A stretch of 64,000 bases of DNA from Bacteroidales bacterium (GTDB taxonomy: Bacteria > Bacteroidota > Bacteroidia > Bacteroidales > VadinHA17): NCBI GenBank assembly GCA_003157015.1, contig PMIJ01000114.1, positions 15,240-79,239 on the forward strand, read 5' to 3'. Positions 37,729-48,219 of the stretch are shown here, in pieces. Position numbers and translations under genes: made by a program. The notes under the pieces are model-generated. The model was not told the origin of the DNA. It searched no databases and was given only the letters and a program-made list of their open reading frames with translations. The stretch's first letter is position 1; every line of letters begins with the position of its first letter.

Positions 37729-39756
37729 TTAGTTTTTAGCATGATTTTTCTTTAAATCCACATATTCGTATTGGGGAGATCTTAGTGATTTCAGATAATC
37801 AATAAGTTCATTAAGCTGAATTTTTGTCATATCATTTACCACTCCGTGTTTATCACCTTTCCCGTATTTGGTCCAGATTTCCTCCAGAGTTGCAGCACGA
37901 CCGTCATGTAAATAGGGTGCAGAAGCATAAATATCATTAAGGTGAGGAGTATCAAACAGTATTGAATCATCTGTTGAGGACAGAGTCTGAACATATGCCA
38001 GCTTACGATTGGTATAATAAGGAGGTGTATGACAGGTAATGCAACGATTGGCTTCAGGTATTTCTTTTCCGTAGTTATCCTTTGTTCGTTCAAATATTTC
38101 CTTTCCGTGTAATTGCGCTTCTGTAAGTTTCCCTTCAGGATTATACTGAAGATTAGGAGGATTCTTTATTCCTGTAAGGATGTAAGCAGTGAGGGCATCA
38201 AGATCCTTATAACTGAACGATTCTGTACGTGTTAGGAAAGTGGAAAAACGCATTCCGTCCTGCTTATATACAGTAGGGTTAGTTCCCGACCATTTAAATG
38301 GCGCAGTTTCACTTATATCCCTCAGTGTCATTGTATTAGTTACATTCCGGCCCATGTCCTTACCTGACATATTATAAACAAGGCCGTCTTCATGCATATC
38401 CGGATGGCAGGTATAACAACAATACTGATTCTGAAAGGTATGCGAAGAATTGTTAAAGAGCCTGCGTCCACGACGGGCAACAGTTATTCTGTGAGGACCT
38501 CCAAGGTCGATGGTTGAGACTTTCTGCAGGCTCTCTGTATTAATAACGCCAATATTGTCATCAAGCATCTCTGCCACATAGAGCAGCTTACCGTCGGGTG
38601 AAAGTGCAATCCCTTTCGGGTTCGCACCTGTGTGAATGCGCTTCAGAATATATCGGCTGCTGATACCAAGATTATTTGAGAATTGTTTCCGTGCTTCAGG
38701 AGATGCACCTGCTAACAGTGTTCTTACTGAGTCAACATCTACAATGGAAATATAATCTGCACCGGCACTGGAGATAAAAGCTTTTTTACCATCGGGAGTG
38801 ATTGCGATGCCAAATGGATCGGAATAGAAGGAATCAGGTTCATCTATCAGCAACTCGCTGATTTTTCCGTCTTTCCCTGGTTCGATTACACCGAATCCAT
38901 GGGTCATCATCCAACCCTGTTCAACCTGTATGGCGGGCACATAATTCTTGGGTCTTATCAATGTCACAAATCCGAGGTCACCGCGAGGAGTGAATGCGAT
39001 ATTTTCCATCATATAAGCAGATTCAATTTTCTTGTACTCAGAAATCCTCCTGGAACTGTCATTTATAACTGTGAGCTCGCTAACAAGCGGTTCGCCATAA
39101 GGAGCAATTTTGGCACGTCTGCTTGTTACAAAGAGGAACTTGCCGTCAGGAGACAGTTTAGCACCGGTAGGGTTATTACCGGCAGTGATGCGGTTTATTT
39201 CTTCTTTTGAATTAAGATTAATAACTGAAACATCCGACGAAAATGAGTTAACCACATAAAGTGCCTTGCCGTCACTGCTCAATGCAAGGCCGGCAGGACC
39301 GTTGCCTGTTTTAAGCGTATCTGTGACTTTTCCTGCTGAAAGGTCAATTACGGAAACATTATCCGACCACTGATTGCTGACATAAGCTTTCAGACCGTCT
39401 TTACTTAGTATGACTGAATGAGGCTGGTTACCAACATCGATTTTATTTATAACTTTATTCTTCTCTGCATCAACAATAAGCAATGCATTGCTTTCCTGAG
39501 CAACAACATATAATCTTTTGCCGTCGCCCGAAACAGTAAGGTTAATCGGTGACAGGTACCTGGCATTTACAAGTTTAGCAGAGAGACCTGTTTTCTGAAT
39601 ATAAAGATGGCATGAAGTACATAAAAGCGGATGATCAGTGGTCGCTGTTTTTTCGTTAACATGCGCCCTGGCCCATTTTCGTCCCGGAAAATAGATTAGC
39701 AGAGCCAGAACAAGAATGATTCCCGATAAGCGGATAAATAGAGTTGATCTCTTCAT
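37729..39756 (-). CDS. YVTN beta-propeller fused to a di-heme cytochrome c peroxidase/MauG-like domain (hydrazine synthase beta+gamma-like), 3 CxxCH motifs
   Basis: CTSCH near the N-terminus; YVTN repeats (YVSNQWSDNVSVID, YVVNSFSSDVSVIN); CYTCH, CITCH and FDTPHL...APYLHDG.A.TLEE. Confidence 0.85.
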   Translation of the reverse strand: MKRSTLFIRLSGIILVLALLIYFPGRKWARAHVNEKTATTDHPLLCTSCHLYIQKTGLSAKLVNARYLSPINLTVSGDGKRLYVVAQESNALLIVDAEKNKVINKIDVGNQPHSVILSKDGLKAYVSNQWSDNVSVIDLSAGKVTDTLKTGNGPAGLALSSDGKALYVVNSFSSDVSVINLNSKEEINRITAGNNPTGAKLSPDGKFLFVTSRRAKIAPYGEPLVSELTVINDSSRRISEYKKIESAYMMENIAFTPRGDLGFVTLIRPKNYVPAIQVEQGWMMTHGFGVIEPGKDGKISELLIDEPDSFYSDPFGIAITPDGKKAFISSAGADYISIVDVDSVRTLLAGASPEARKQFSNNLGISSRYILKRIHTGANPKGIALSPDGKLLYVAEMLDDNIGVINTESLQKVSTIDLGGPHRITVARRGRRLFNNSSHTFQNQYCCYTCHPDMHEDGLVYNMSGKDMGRNVTNTMTLRDISETAPFKWSGTNPTVYKQDGMRFSTFLTRTESFSYKDLDALTAYILTGIKNPPNLQYNPEGKLTEAQLHGKEIFERTKDNYGKEIPEANRCITCHTPPYYTNRKLAYVQTLSSTDDSILFDTPHLNDIYASAPYLHDGRAATLEEIWTKYGKGDKHGVVNDMTKIQLNELIDYLKSLRSPQYEYVDLKKNHAKN

Positions 39757-39758
39757 AA

Positions 39759-41192
39759 CTATTCGGTGTCGATCATTTTATCTTTAATCTTATTTATGTG
39801 GACAGGGATGCCAACAGGTGCTTTTCTTACTGCAAGAGGAATCCGGTTATCAGGGACGATATCCTGATCTTCATGACATCCTACGCATCCCCTTCGTTCA
39901 TTGGGACGTAGCCATATCCAGTCACATTTCCGGATTACGTTTCCCATTTCATCAAGTGTACGGATCTGGAAAGGCTTGTCTGCTATCACCTTAAGGTAGA
40001 ATGACCCATCCCCCGAAGGTTTAAATACTCCCAGTGACGAATCAATTCCCATTATCTCTACTTTTGAAATCTTTTTAAGCATGACACCGGATATCTTTGC
40101 AGGGTTATCCTCTACATTCACATCCTGACACATAATGAGGCCGGTTTTTATAACGGCATTCACCTCGCTTGGCAGCTTTCTGGATCTGATATGTTTCACT
40201 GCATCAACAACTTCAAGTACATCGAATTCATTATTGCTGTAAATGGGTTTGCCCAGAGATTTATTCTCAGGATCGAATTCATAAAGCGCATATCTGTCAT
40301 TGGTGGTTTTGCGGAATGAGACCAACAGCTTCCCTGAGGGTTGAGGACAAACAGCCCTGAAATCACCTTCAATTTCAGAGGACAGGTTGAGCCTGGAGTG
40401 CATCGGACGATTATAACTGACTGAAATAAGATTTCCTTTATCCGGGTTACTCTTTACCGATTCGATGAAAACTATTCTTCCATTGTCTGTTTCCAATCCG
40501 CGACCTGATAATTCACTGCCTTCGCTGCCCTTGTAAAACAGTTCTGACTTGGTACCGTCGGGTCGCATAACCATAAACTTCTGATCCCCTGTTTCAGGGA
40601 ATTCCTGCACTCCGATCGTCAAAATGCGACCGTCACGGAGTACGTTGGAAGCTACATACATGCCCGGATTGTAAGTTATACGCTTCTGGTCAGAGCCATC
40701 AATATTACTTGTAAAAATGGATTCATTTGCCTTCAATGAATCGGTAGCTGAATGACTGGTAAAAAGGAAACGTCCGAGCGGTAAATAAGCCGGATCGGTG
40801 CAATCCGTTTTCAGTTTTGTTAACTGCCTTGTCTTAAGGTTTCCAAGATCAGTTTCCCAAATCTGCCATGTATCACCTTCATTTTTCTGACCGGCAAAAA
40901 TCATGAAATGTCCGTCACTTGATATTTCAGGAGACCTGGCTGAATAAAAAGAGGATGTGAGTAGCTTTGGTGATGGGTCAGGCTTGCCCGGCTCAATTGC
41001 AACAATCTCTGACCGGAGAATATATTTCCGTGAACTTGCTGCAGAGAAATTTGAATTTTCAATCTTTCCTGCAGTTCTTGTTATAACTATACTAGCTTCT
41101 TTTAATTTTTCCCTGCATGAGGTCAGAAAAAGGCTGCTAATGCCTGTGGCCATTATAAATAAGAAGACTATGGTCGATCGATGGTTATTCAT
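39759..41192 (-). CDS. Hydrazine synthase alpha-like lipoprotein (TolB-like propeller + HZS-alpha middle domain, 1 CxxCH)
   Basis: Lipobox LTSC; PD40-like repeats; C-terminal DGSFYLKV.ADKPFQIRTLD...WLRPNERRGCVGCHE. Confidence 0.75.
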   Translation of the reverse strand: MNNHRSTIVFLFIMATGISSLFLTSCREKLKEASIVITRTAGKIENSNFSAASSRKYILRSEIVAIEPGKPDPSPKLLTSSFYSARSPEISSDGHFMIFAGQKNEGDTWQIWETDLGNLKTRQLTKLKTDCTDPAYLPLGRFLFTSHSATDSLKANESIFTSNIDGSDQKRITYNPGMYVASNVLRDGRILTIGVQEFPETGDQKFMVMRPDGTKSELFYKGSEGSELSGRGLETDNGRIVFIESVKSNPDKGNLISVSYNRPMHSRLNLSSEIEGDFRAVCPQPSGKLLVSFRKTTNDRYALYEFDPENKSLGKPIYSNNEFDVLEVVDAVKHIRSRKLPSEVNAVIKTGLIMCQDVNVEDNPAKISGVMLKKISKVEIMGIDSSLGVFKPSGDGSFYLKVIADKPFQIRTLDEMGNVIRKCDWIWLRPNERRGCVGCHEDQDIVPDNRIPLAVRKAPVGIPVHINKIKDKMIDTE

Positions 41193-41199
41193 CCGGAGG

Positions 41200-42897
41200 C
41201 TATTTTTGCAGTTCTTTAATAGTAAGAATCTGATTGACTTTGATATTCTCAAGCACCTGTAATTTCCCTGAGGGCCACTTTATCTCGATTCTGTCAACCA
41301 TCTCATTCTTAGCCAGACCAAAATGCATCCGAGGATCATTCTGAGAAAGATATCCTGAAGTGCTTTTCTTCTGATTCGTTTGCACTTTGCCTCCTGATGT
41401 CACCTTTATCCTGGCACCTATTCCGTCTCTGTTGCTTACCGTTCCGATGAGATTGAGAGTTATCCAGTTGTTCTGATTTCCTTTGTTATTTCTCAGGAAT
41501 GCCCCGCGGTCATTCAGATTCACAATATATGCATCAATGTCTCCATCATTGTCGTAGTCGCCAAAACAGGCCCCTCGTCCAACCAGCTTTTCCTTAAAGT
41601 AACTGCCCAAATCCCATGAAACGTCCTTGAATTTTCCGTTTCCAAGGTTTTCAAAAACCTGGTCCTCCTGCCCGTAGAGATGTTTCAGCGCTCCGTTTGT
41701 TTTATAAATATCAACCAGACCATCATTGTTATAATCAAAGAAGGAAGAGGACCATCCGACAAATTGTCCTGCAGGCATTGCTATTCCCGACGGGTATGAT
41801 TGTTCGCTGAAGATGCCGTTTCCCATGTTTTCATAAAGCCTGCAGTACTTGTCATCAGAAATGAACATGCCCATTCTTCCAGAACCTGTATAATCAGCAA
41901 AATCTACAGACATACTGACTGCCGATTCTCCTGATTGGCCAAACGCAGTTCCTGAAGGAGTGCCCACGTCAGTGAAGCTCTTTCCTCCGTTATTGTGCCA
42001 GAGGTAATTCATTGAATGGTCATTGGCAACATAAATATCAACGAATCCATCGTCGTCATAGTCTATTGCGCCAACACCCATAGCTCTTCCGTCCAGGTCG
42101 ACTATTCCCATTTTTTTCGTAACATCCTCAAATGTGCCATCTCCATTGTTGTGATATAAAACATCAGGCTGGGCATCATAGGCCAGTGGACCGGGAAAGC
42201 CGTCAGGAGCGTAATAATATTTATAGTTTGGATCAAAATTGATGTACTTACCAACATAGAGGTCGAGGAAACCGTCGTTGTCATAATCGAGCCAGACAGC
42301 TCCTGTATTGAAATCAGTTTCTTTTCCTCCGACACCGGCGCGTTTGGTCACATCTGTGAACGTTCCGTCACCGTTATTTTTATAAAGAACATTAGTTCCG
42401 TAATTGCTGACATATAAATCGGGATATCCATCATTATTGAAATCGCCGACTGTTACTCCCATGCTGTACCATGGGCCACCAACTCCTGCTTTTTTTGTAA
42501 CGTCCTCAAAGGTTCCGTCACCGAGGTTATGATAGAGATGATTCTCAGGCATTATGGCAGGTTTCTCCCCGCTGCTCACACCTTTAAGCCAGGTCCCGCT
42601 GCAGACATATAAATCTATAAATCCATCCTGATCATAGTCGAGAAAGGCAGCTCCGGCACCGCTTGATTCAACTATATTAGTCAGCTCTTTGTCACCGATA
42701 GAGTGAACAAAATCAATACCGATCTCTTTGCCGATCTCCTGAAAATAATCACCATTCGGAGCAGGAACAAAGTGTTTCTTTACACCTGATGATTTATTAT
42801 TTGACTGGCAGGCTGAAACACACAGCAGGAGAATAAAAAGGAAAACTAAGTAAAAGGATTCATCTGAATTACTGAAAAACTTCTTTATTGCACGCAT
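41200..42897 (-). CDS. CRTAC1-family FG-GAP/ASPIC-UnbV lipoprotein
   Basis: Lipobox VSAC; DxDxDGxxD repeats; SGYLSQNDPRMHFGL..IEIKWPSG. Confidence 0.9.
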   Translation of the reverse strand: MRAIKKFFSNSDESFYLVFLFILLLCVSACQSNNKSSGVKKHFVPAPNGDYFQEIGKEIGIDFVHSIGDKELTNIVESSGAGAAFLDYDQDGFIDLYVCSGTWLKGVSSGEKPAIMPENHLYHNLGDGTFEDVTKKAGVGGPWYSMGVTVGDFNNDGYPDLYVSNYGTNVLYKNNGDGTFTDVTKRAGVGGKETDFNTGAVWLDYDNDGFLDLYVGKYINFDPNYKYYYAPDGFPGPLAYDAQPDVLYHNNGDGTFEDVTKKMGIVDLDGRAMGVGAIDYDDDGFVDIYVANDHSMNYLWHNNGGKSFTDVGTPSGTAFGQSGESAVSMSVDFADYTGSGRMGMFISDDKYCRLYENMGNGIFSEQSYPSGIAMPAGQFVGWSSSFFDYNNDGLVDIYKTNGALKHLYGQEDQVFENLGNGKFKDVSWDLGSYFKEKLVGRGACFGDYDNDGDIDAYIVNLNDRGAFLRNNKGNQNNWITLNLIGTVSNRDGIGARIKVTSGGKVQTNQKKSTSGYLSQNDPRMHFGLAKNEMVDRIEIKWPSGKLQVLENIKVNQILTIKELQK

Positions 42898-43161
42898 TTT
42901 TAGGGTTATATTTTATGAATATAATATTGCCGTCCTAATCAGTTTCTATTAAAAAAAATACCGGCTGAACAAACTAAAAGGCCGTAAATATAATAATTTT
43001 CATATACCTCTTAACCTTACGACCTCATTTGTAAAACCTGTTACCCTGTTTACCTTCTAAAACTAACCTAAACAATATTAACCTATAACCTTGAAACGAT
43101 TCCTGACTATGCAAATTATTCAGGAGATTTAATTTTTGACTAAGGCAATGTTACGCATGCC

Positions 43162-43205
43162 CTATTAAACGTGGATTAAAATAAAATTAAAAAAGGATTA
43201 AAGTT
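43162..43205. promoter_or_regulatory. Four ATTAAA boxes at exact 11-bp spacing, candidate OmpR/PhoB-family binding site
   Basis: ATTAAA at 43164, 43175, 43186 and 43197, about 270-300 bp upstream of the 12-gene operon. Confidence 0.45.
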
Positions 43206-43363
43206 TTGATCGATTCTCATCGCGCCCTTCTATTGGTTTATCTCTCCCCAACCCTCCCTCAGGAGGGAGAGGCTATTGCAATATATGCCATTTAGGACCC
43301 CTTTCTCTCCTGGGCTACCCTTTATACACATCTTTTTTCCCAAAGTCGACTTATATTTTTAAA

Positions 43364-43453
43364 TAGCTCTGAAAGAGCTAAATACGAATAACCCCTGGCG
43401 CCAGCCGGGGGTCTATGCAACAAACAATCTACAGATCTGAAGGAGCTGAATAT
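43364..43453. repeat. REP-like hairpin cluster
   Basis: tagctctgaaagagcta, acccctggcgccagccgggggt and a degenerate third hairpin; similar layout to 60731-60820. Confidence 0.6.
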
Positions 43454-43522
43454 AAAATATCAGAGGAAATACTTCTCATAAAGAGAGCAACCCGACCACC
43501 TATTTACCTGATTATTTATATT

Positions 43523-44809
43523 TTAATCCCTCAAACAACGAACAGGTAAGCCATATGACTCACTGAAGATGCCCCTGTAGACTTGGGCGGGAATGTAACC
43601 AATGCACCGAAAGTAGGCAAAAGTTGGAGATCCTTCCGTAGAACTCCACCAGATACCGTGCAAGTTAACAAAGTTTACTACACCAGAGCTGAAACGGCCG
43701 CCACTTGGAAGACCCGTAAAACCACTACTATTATTGCTTGCCTGATCGTTGCCAACGTTCCCTGCTGTTGTATCTGCAATAAATCCAGAAGTCGCTGCCA
43801 AAGATTTGGCAATATCGTTTCCGCTACCTTCAAAACCATAACCATTATTTGTGAGAAAATAGGTCAAAGTTGTCCAATCATTATCAGTAGGAACATGCCA
43901 TCCTGCGGGGCAAACATTACGGCTATCCGTTATTGCATAATAAGTATAAAATCTACCATAAGTAACATTTGTACACTCCCATTGGTACTCAGGTATTATT
44001 AAATTTGTGATATCCAATGTTGCAGGAGATGTCGTTCCTATTAAATCACCATTACGGTACCTGGTGGTTCTGAGGTTTTCTTGCATCCATACCTGAGTTC
44101 CGATATTTATAGTATTATAAGTATTGCCTTCAACATCTGCCAAAAGAGTGGTAAATGTCAAATCACTTCCATATGTTGTCCCAAGAGAATTAACTGCTTT
44201 TACCCTGAAATGATAGATAGTCGCTTCGGTTAGTCCAGCAATATCTGCATTTACAGAAGAAGTTGTTACACCTGTTAAAGGACTTTGAGCAGCTGTTACA
44301 GTAGTGCCATAACTTGTAGTTGTCCCATATTCCAGGGTTACTACTGTGGATAGATTGTTGGCAACTACATTACCAATCAATGTTGCAGTGGTTGCTTCAA
44401 TATTTGTTACTGATGAAGTTGTTGCAGTTGGTGATTGTCCATAAGAAATGAAAGAAACAACCCTACCATATCCTGTTCCAACAGAATTTGCGGCATAAGC
44501 ACGGATATAATAAACTACATCTACATTCAAACCTGTTATGTTGCTGGAAAAACTTCCTTTACCCCTACCATCTATCGTTTTGTTATCGGCTATAGTAGGG
44601 TTAACATCTGTGCTCCAACATACTCCACGAATTATGATTGATGAACTACCTTCATCGGTTATAGTTCCGCCACTTGTTGCATTAACTCCAGTAATATCCG
44701 AAACTGGTGTTGTTCTAACAGTAGGTACATTTTCTTTTTTACATCCAGATAAAATAGTTCCTGCAATAAGATAAATGATTACCAGATAACACTCAGTTAT
44801 TTTTTTCAT
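43523..44809 (-). CDS. FISUMP-domain lipoprotein with Fn3-like repeats
   Basis: Lipobox LSGC; YYIRAYAANSVGT.YG repeats; IGTQVWMQENL, CPAGWHVPT, WWSST and VRCLRD motifs. Confidence 0.88.
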   Translation of the reverse strand: MKKITECYLVIIYLIAGTILSGCKKENVPTVRTTPVSDITGVNATSGGTITDEGSSSIIIRGVCWSTDVNPTIADNKTIDGRGKGSFSSNITGLNVDVVYYIRAYAANSVGTGYGRVVSFISYGQSPTATTSSVTNIEATTATLIGNVVANNLSTVVTLEYGTTTSYGTTVTAAQSPLTGVTTSSVNADIAGLTEATIYHFRVKAVNSLGTTYGSDLTFTTLLADVEGNTYNTINIGTQVWMQENLRTTRYRNGDLIGTTSPATLDITNLIIPEYQWECTNVTYGRFYTYYAITDSRNVCPAGWHVPTDNDWTTLTYFLTNNGYGFEGSGNDIAKSLAATSGFIADTTAGNVGNDQASNNSSGFTGLPSGGRFSSGVVNFVNLHGIWWSSTEGSPTFAYFRCIGYIPAQVYRGIFSESYGLPVRCLRD

Positions 44810-45417
44810 AATTATATATTTAACAGATTATATCAAAATAACGTTTCCACCGCATGAAGTTCAAGGGCCAGAAATGCCATCCTAGATCCTGGCAGTGATT
44901 TCTTATGTAAAGTTATTAAAAAAACCGATCATGTTAAAATTGACATTTTAAGTATGAAATTTCTTCCATGATTTTCGGGGTTATTTCCTTTTTTAAACTT
45001 TTTTAACATTCCACCCAAGAGTTAACCCAGATGGATGGAATTAGCACTATTATTTCTCAGTGGTTCATGAGATTTTAAGAGTTGTAAGGAACCATCTCAG
45101 AATAACAGGGAAAAAATACAGCATGCTTACCAGCTTATGAGGGTTGAATAAAATTATTGATATGATGTGAAGTAGAAAGTTGTTAACAGCCATCAACCAT
45201 CGCATATTTCTGAACTGAAAGTCATAAAATCTATACAAACTGGCAAACCTGGCAATAAACAGAGCCGAGGTAAAAAAATTGCGCGGTGGGCAATTTTAGA
45301 TAGTCCTATTCGCAAACTATGATTTAAAAGATATGTACAAAGGTTAGTTGTTGTTTAATTGAAGGGGGGAAAGGGTTAAGAAAACAATGAAATTTTATAG
45401 GATATTTTAAAGTTTTA

Positions 45418-46785
45418 CTAAACCGTCGGAAGCAAAACCGTTACAGTAGTGCCTTTTCCTAACTTTGAGGATAGATTAACCGTCCCGTTATGGATTTTAA
45501 TTATCTGGCTGACAAGTGGAAGACCGATTCCGGTACCTGAAATGGAGATAGTATTACCACCACGATAAAAAGGTTCAAAAATTTTCCCGACATCCGTCTC
45601 CGGAATACCAATACCTCTGTCTTCAAAAACTATTTCTATGGACTTTTCTATTGGCATAAGCTTAATCTCCACAGTGTGGTCCGGGGAATACTTGCAACCA
45701 TTATCTATAATATTTGAAACAGCCACTTTAAGCAGATTCTCATCACCCACGACGATCATCTGTTCCGAATCGGTAATTGAATTGTCTATTGAAATATTTA
45801 TGCGATAATTGCTGTTGAATCTCTGTATTTCTTCCTGTACCTGCCATAAGATTTCATCAATCCTGATTTTTTTATTAAAATTCACAGGACCTTCTGCGCT
45901 TGTGCGTGCTATGAGTAATAATCTGTTTGACAATACTATGAGAGATTTAATGTCATCGAGCACCGACGTAAGTGCGGACTTATATTCCTCTGAGGAGCGT
46001 TCTTTCATCATTAGTACCTCAAGCTGACCATTTATTGATGTAAGCGGAGTCCTGAGTTCGTGAGAGGCATTTGCAATGAAATTTTTCTGCATCGAAAATG
46101 AGGTCTCAAGCCGCTCAAGCATTTTATTGAATGTTCTGGCAAGTTTGCCGATCTCATCATTCCCTTTTCCTTCGAAAACTCTTAAGTTCAGACTTGTAAT
46201 AGTGATATCTTCCACTTTTTTTACTACATCTGAAATAGGTTTAAGGGCTCTTCCCGAATAGAACCATCCTGCCACAAAAAATAACAGCAGGCTGACTACA
46301 CAAACAATTATCAGTAAGATCTTTAATTTTTTTAGACGCGATGATCCCTCGTTATCGATGGCGGCTGCAACAACAACAAACCGGTCATATTTTGTATAGT
46401 ATAACGTAGCCAGAATATCATATGGATCCTGATTATAAGTTATATCAAAACCCTGTTTCACATGTTCAATGATATTGTTTCTTATTTTGATATCGGAGTT
46501 CTCGTCTGAATTGTAAACAGTGTCATTTTTGTAATTCAGGATTATTATCTTTTCGTTTTGAAGGAAAACGGGTTTTTTGCTTTCAATGCTCAGGATCCGG
46601 TTAGCATCCGCCTTGTCGGTATTAAACAGCAAATTCGCGGTGCTCATTGCCTTTTGGCTCAGTTGGCTGAAAAAATCCTGCCTTCTGAATTTTGAGGAGG
46701 AAATATAAATTGCAACTGATGCAATTATCATAATTATTCCTCCAATCAGTAGGAATTGTAATGTCAATCGGGTCCTTATCTGCAT
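45418..46785 (-). CDS. Sensor histidine kinase with HAMP domain
   Basis: Two transmembrane segments, HAMP, H-box ASHELRTPL, N-box NIIDNGCKY, DRGIGI and GTGIGL. Confidence 0.95.
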   Translation of the reverse strand: MQIRTRLTLQFLLIGGIIMIIASVAIYISSSKFRRQDFFSQLSQKAMSTANLLFNTDKADANRILSIESKKPVFLQNEKIIILNYKNDTVYNSDENSDIKIRNNIIEHVKQGFDITYNQDPYDILATLYYTKYDRFVVVAAAIDNEGSSRLKKLKILLIIVCVVSLLLFFVAGWFYSGRALKPISDVVKKVEDITITSLNLRVFEGKGNDEIGKLARTFNKMLERLETSFSMQKNFIANASHELRTPLTSINGQLEVLMMKERSSEEYKSALTSVLDDIKSLIVLSNRLLLIARTSAEGPVNFNKKIRIDEILWQVQEEIQRFNSNYRINISIDNSITDSEQMIVVGDENLLKVAVSNIIDNGCKYSPDHTVEIKLMPIEKSIEIVFEDRGIGIPETDVGKIFEPFYRGGNTISISGTGIGLPLVSQIIKIHNGTVNLSSKLGKGTTVTVLLPTV

Positions 46786-46786
46786 T

Positions 46787-47464
46787 CTAAAAATCTCCAA
46801 ATACGTAGCCAAAACCGACCCTGGTATGGATCATCTTTTTATTATGTCCCTTATCAATTTTTTTGCGTAAGAAGTTTACATAAACATCTACCACGTTGGT
46901 ACCGAAATCAAAATTTATATCCCATACTTTTTCAGCAATATCGATCCTTGATAATACTCTTCCACTATTCCTCATGAAGTATTCAAGCAATGAGAACTCC
47001 TTGGCAGTAAGATCAATATATGAACTGCCCCTTCTTACAACTTTCTTTTCCAGGTCGAGTTCCACATCGCCTACGACAATACTGTTCGATCTGCCATCAG
47101 ACTGACCTGGTTTCTTTAGCAACACCTTTACTCTAGCCAGAAGTTCCCTGAATTCAAATGGTTTTACCAGGTAATCATTTGCACCTGCCTCAAAGCCTTC
47201 AATTTTATCATCAGTTGTACCGAGGGCTGTAAGCATGAGGACAGGCAGATTTGAATTTATTCTCTTAAGTTTTTTACAAAGATCCAGACCGTTAATTCCC
47301 GGAATTATGATATCAAGTATGAAAAGATCGAATTTTTCTGAACGTGCAAGTTTTTCCGCAGTCTCACCGTCATAGGCAATTTGAGCATCATAGTTGTTCT
47401 CTTCAAGTCCCTTTTTTATAAATGATGCTACCTTCTTTTCATCTTCAACAATCAGAATCTTCAT
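46787..47464 (-). CDS. OmpR/PhoB-family response regulator (CusR/ArlR-like)
   Basis: ILIVEDE, LDIIIP, DYLVKPF, LTAKEF and NVVDVYVNFLRKKID motifs. Confidence 0.95.
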   Translation of the reverse strand: MKILIVEDEKKVASFIKKGLEENNYDAQIAYDGETAEKLARSEKFDLFILDIIIPGINGLDLCKKLKRINSNLPVLMLTALGTTDDKIEGFEAGANDYLVKPFEFRELLARVKVLLKKPGQSDGRSNSIVVGDVELDLEKKVVRRGSSYIDLTAKEFSLLEYFMRNSGRVLSRIDIAEKVWDINFDFGTNVVDVYVNFLRKKIDKGHNKKMIHTRVGFGYVFGDF

Positions 47465-47650
47465 TTAATTCAATTATATGAAATTGATACCTTATATTAT
47501 AGACTACAGGAATTGATGAGATTTGTCTTAAATCAAACGCCTTAGAAATATGGTAGCAAATATACATTTTTTTGTTTTGAGTTTTACCCCCAGCCTCTGC
47601 CTTGCTTAGCTGAAGCGGCTGCGCAAAGGAGAAGAAGGGGGGGACAAGGG

Positions 47651-48219
47651 CATAGCCGTCAACTTAAGGAGTTGAATATAGTAAAATATGGAGAGAGTTT
47701 AGTACAAAACAGAATGTAAAGTAATGAAATTAAGCCTGATACATTTCCCCTCCTTTTGAAGGAGGGGTGGCCGGACCACTTTATAATTATGATACAAATG
47801 CTGATACCGGCCGGGGTGGTTGATTGATATTCACCGTGCGGATTCCCATCAAGCTCAATTACAAGTTTTTCTGAAGCACAAAAAAAGTCAACTATGTAGT
47901 TACCTATACTGTGTTGTCTTCTGAATTTTCTTGCATTAAGTTTTTTTGATTTTAAAATATTCCATAACACAGCCTCAGCAGAAGTGGACTTGTTCCTAAG
48001 TGATGATCTGAAGAATTTAAGGCTTTTCCTGTTAAAGAGGTTTTGGTTTTTCATACCAATAAAGGTAAGAAGAAATCAATGAATCAACCACCCCGGTCGG
48101 GAAATAAAATACTGTATATATAAGATAATCAATCGTCCCGACCACCCCTCCTTCAAAAGGAGGGGAAACTTTTTTATGCAGTATCTCATTCATCCCCAAA
48201 GCTTAAGTTGACGCCTATG
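47651..48219. mobile_element. Non-autonomous IS4/IS231-like insertion cassette (569 bp)
   Basis: 18-bp terminal inverted repeats CATAGCCGTCAACTTAAG (47651-47668) and CTTAAGTTGACGCCTATG (48202-48219), one mismatch. 10-bp direct repeat GGGACAAGGG at 47641-47650 and 48220-48229. No transposase inside. Confidence 0.8.
47826..48054 (-). pseudogene. Truncated DUF559 (Vsr-like) endonuclease
   Basis: LRNKSTSAEAVLW..KFRRQHSIGNYIVDF.C...LVIELDG..H. Homology stops where the inverted repeat begins and the usual RD..L...G..VLRF tail is absent. Confidence 0.8.

Noticed and set aside
37729-41192. Evidence that this organism performs anammox
   Set aside because: The context is Bacteroidota, the alpha-like subunit is short with one heme motif, and no hydrazine dehydrogenase or HAO-like multiheme gene is present. 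Only domain-level similarity is supported.
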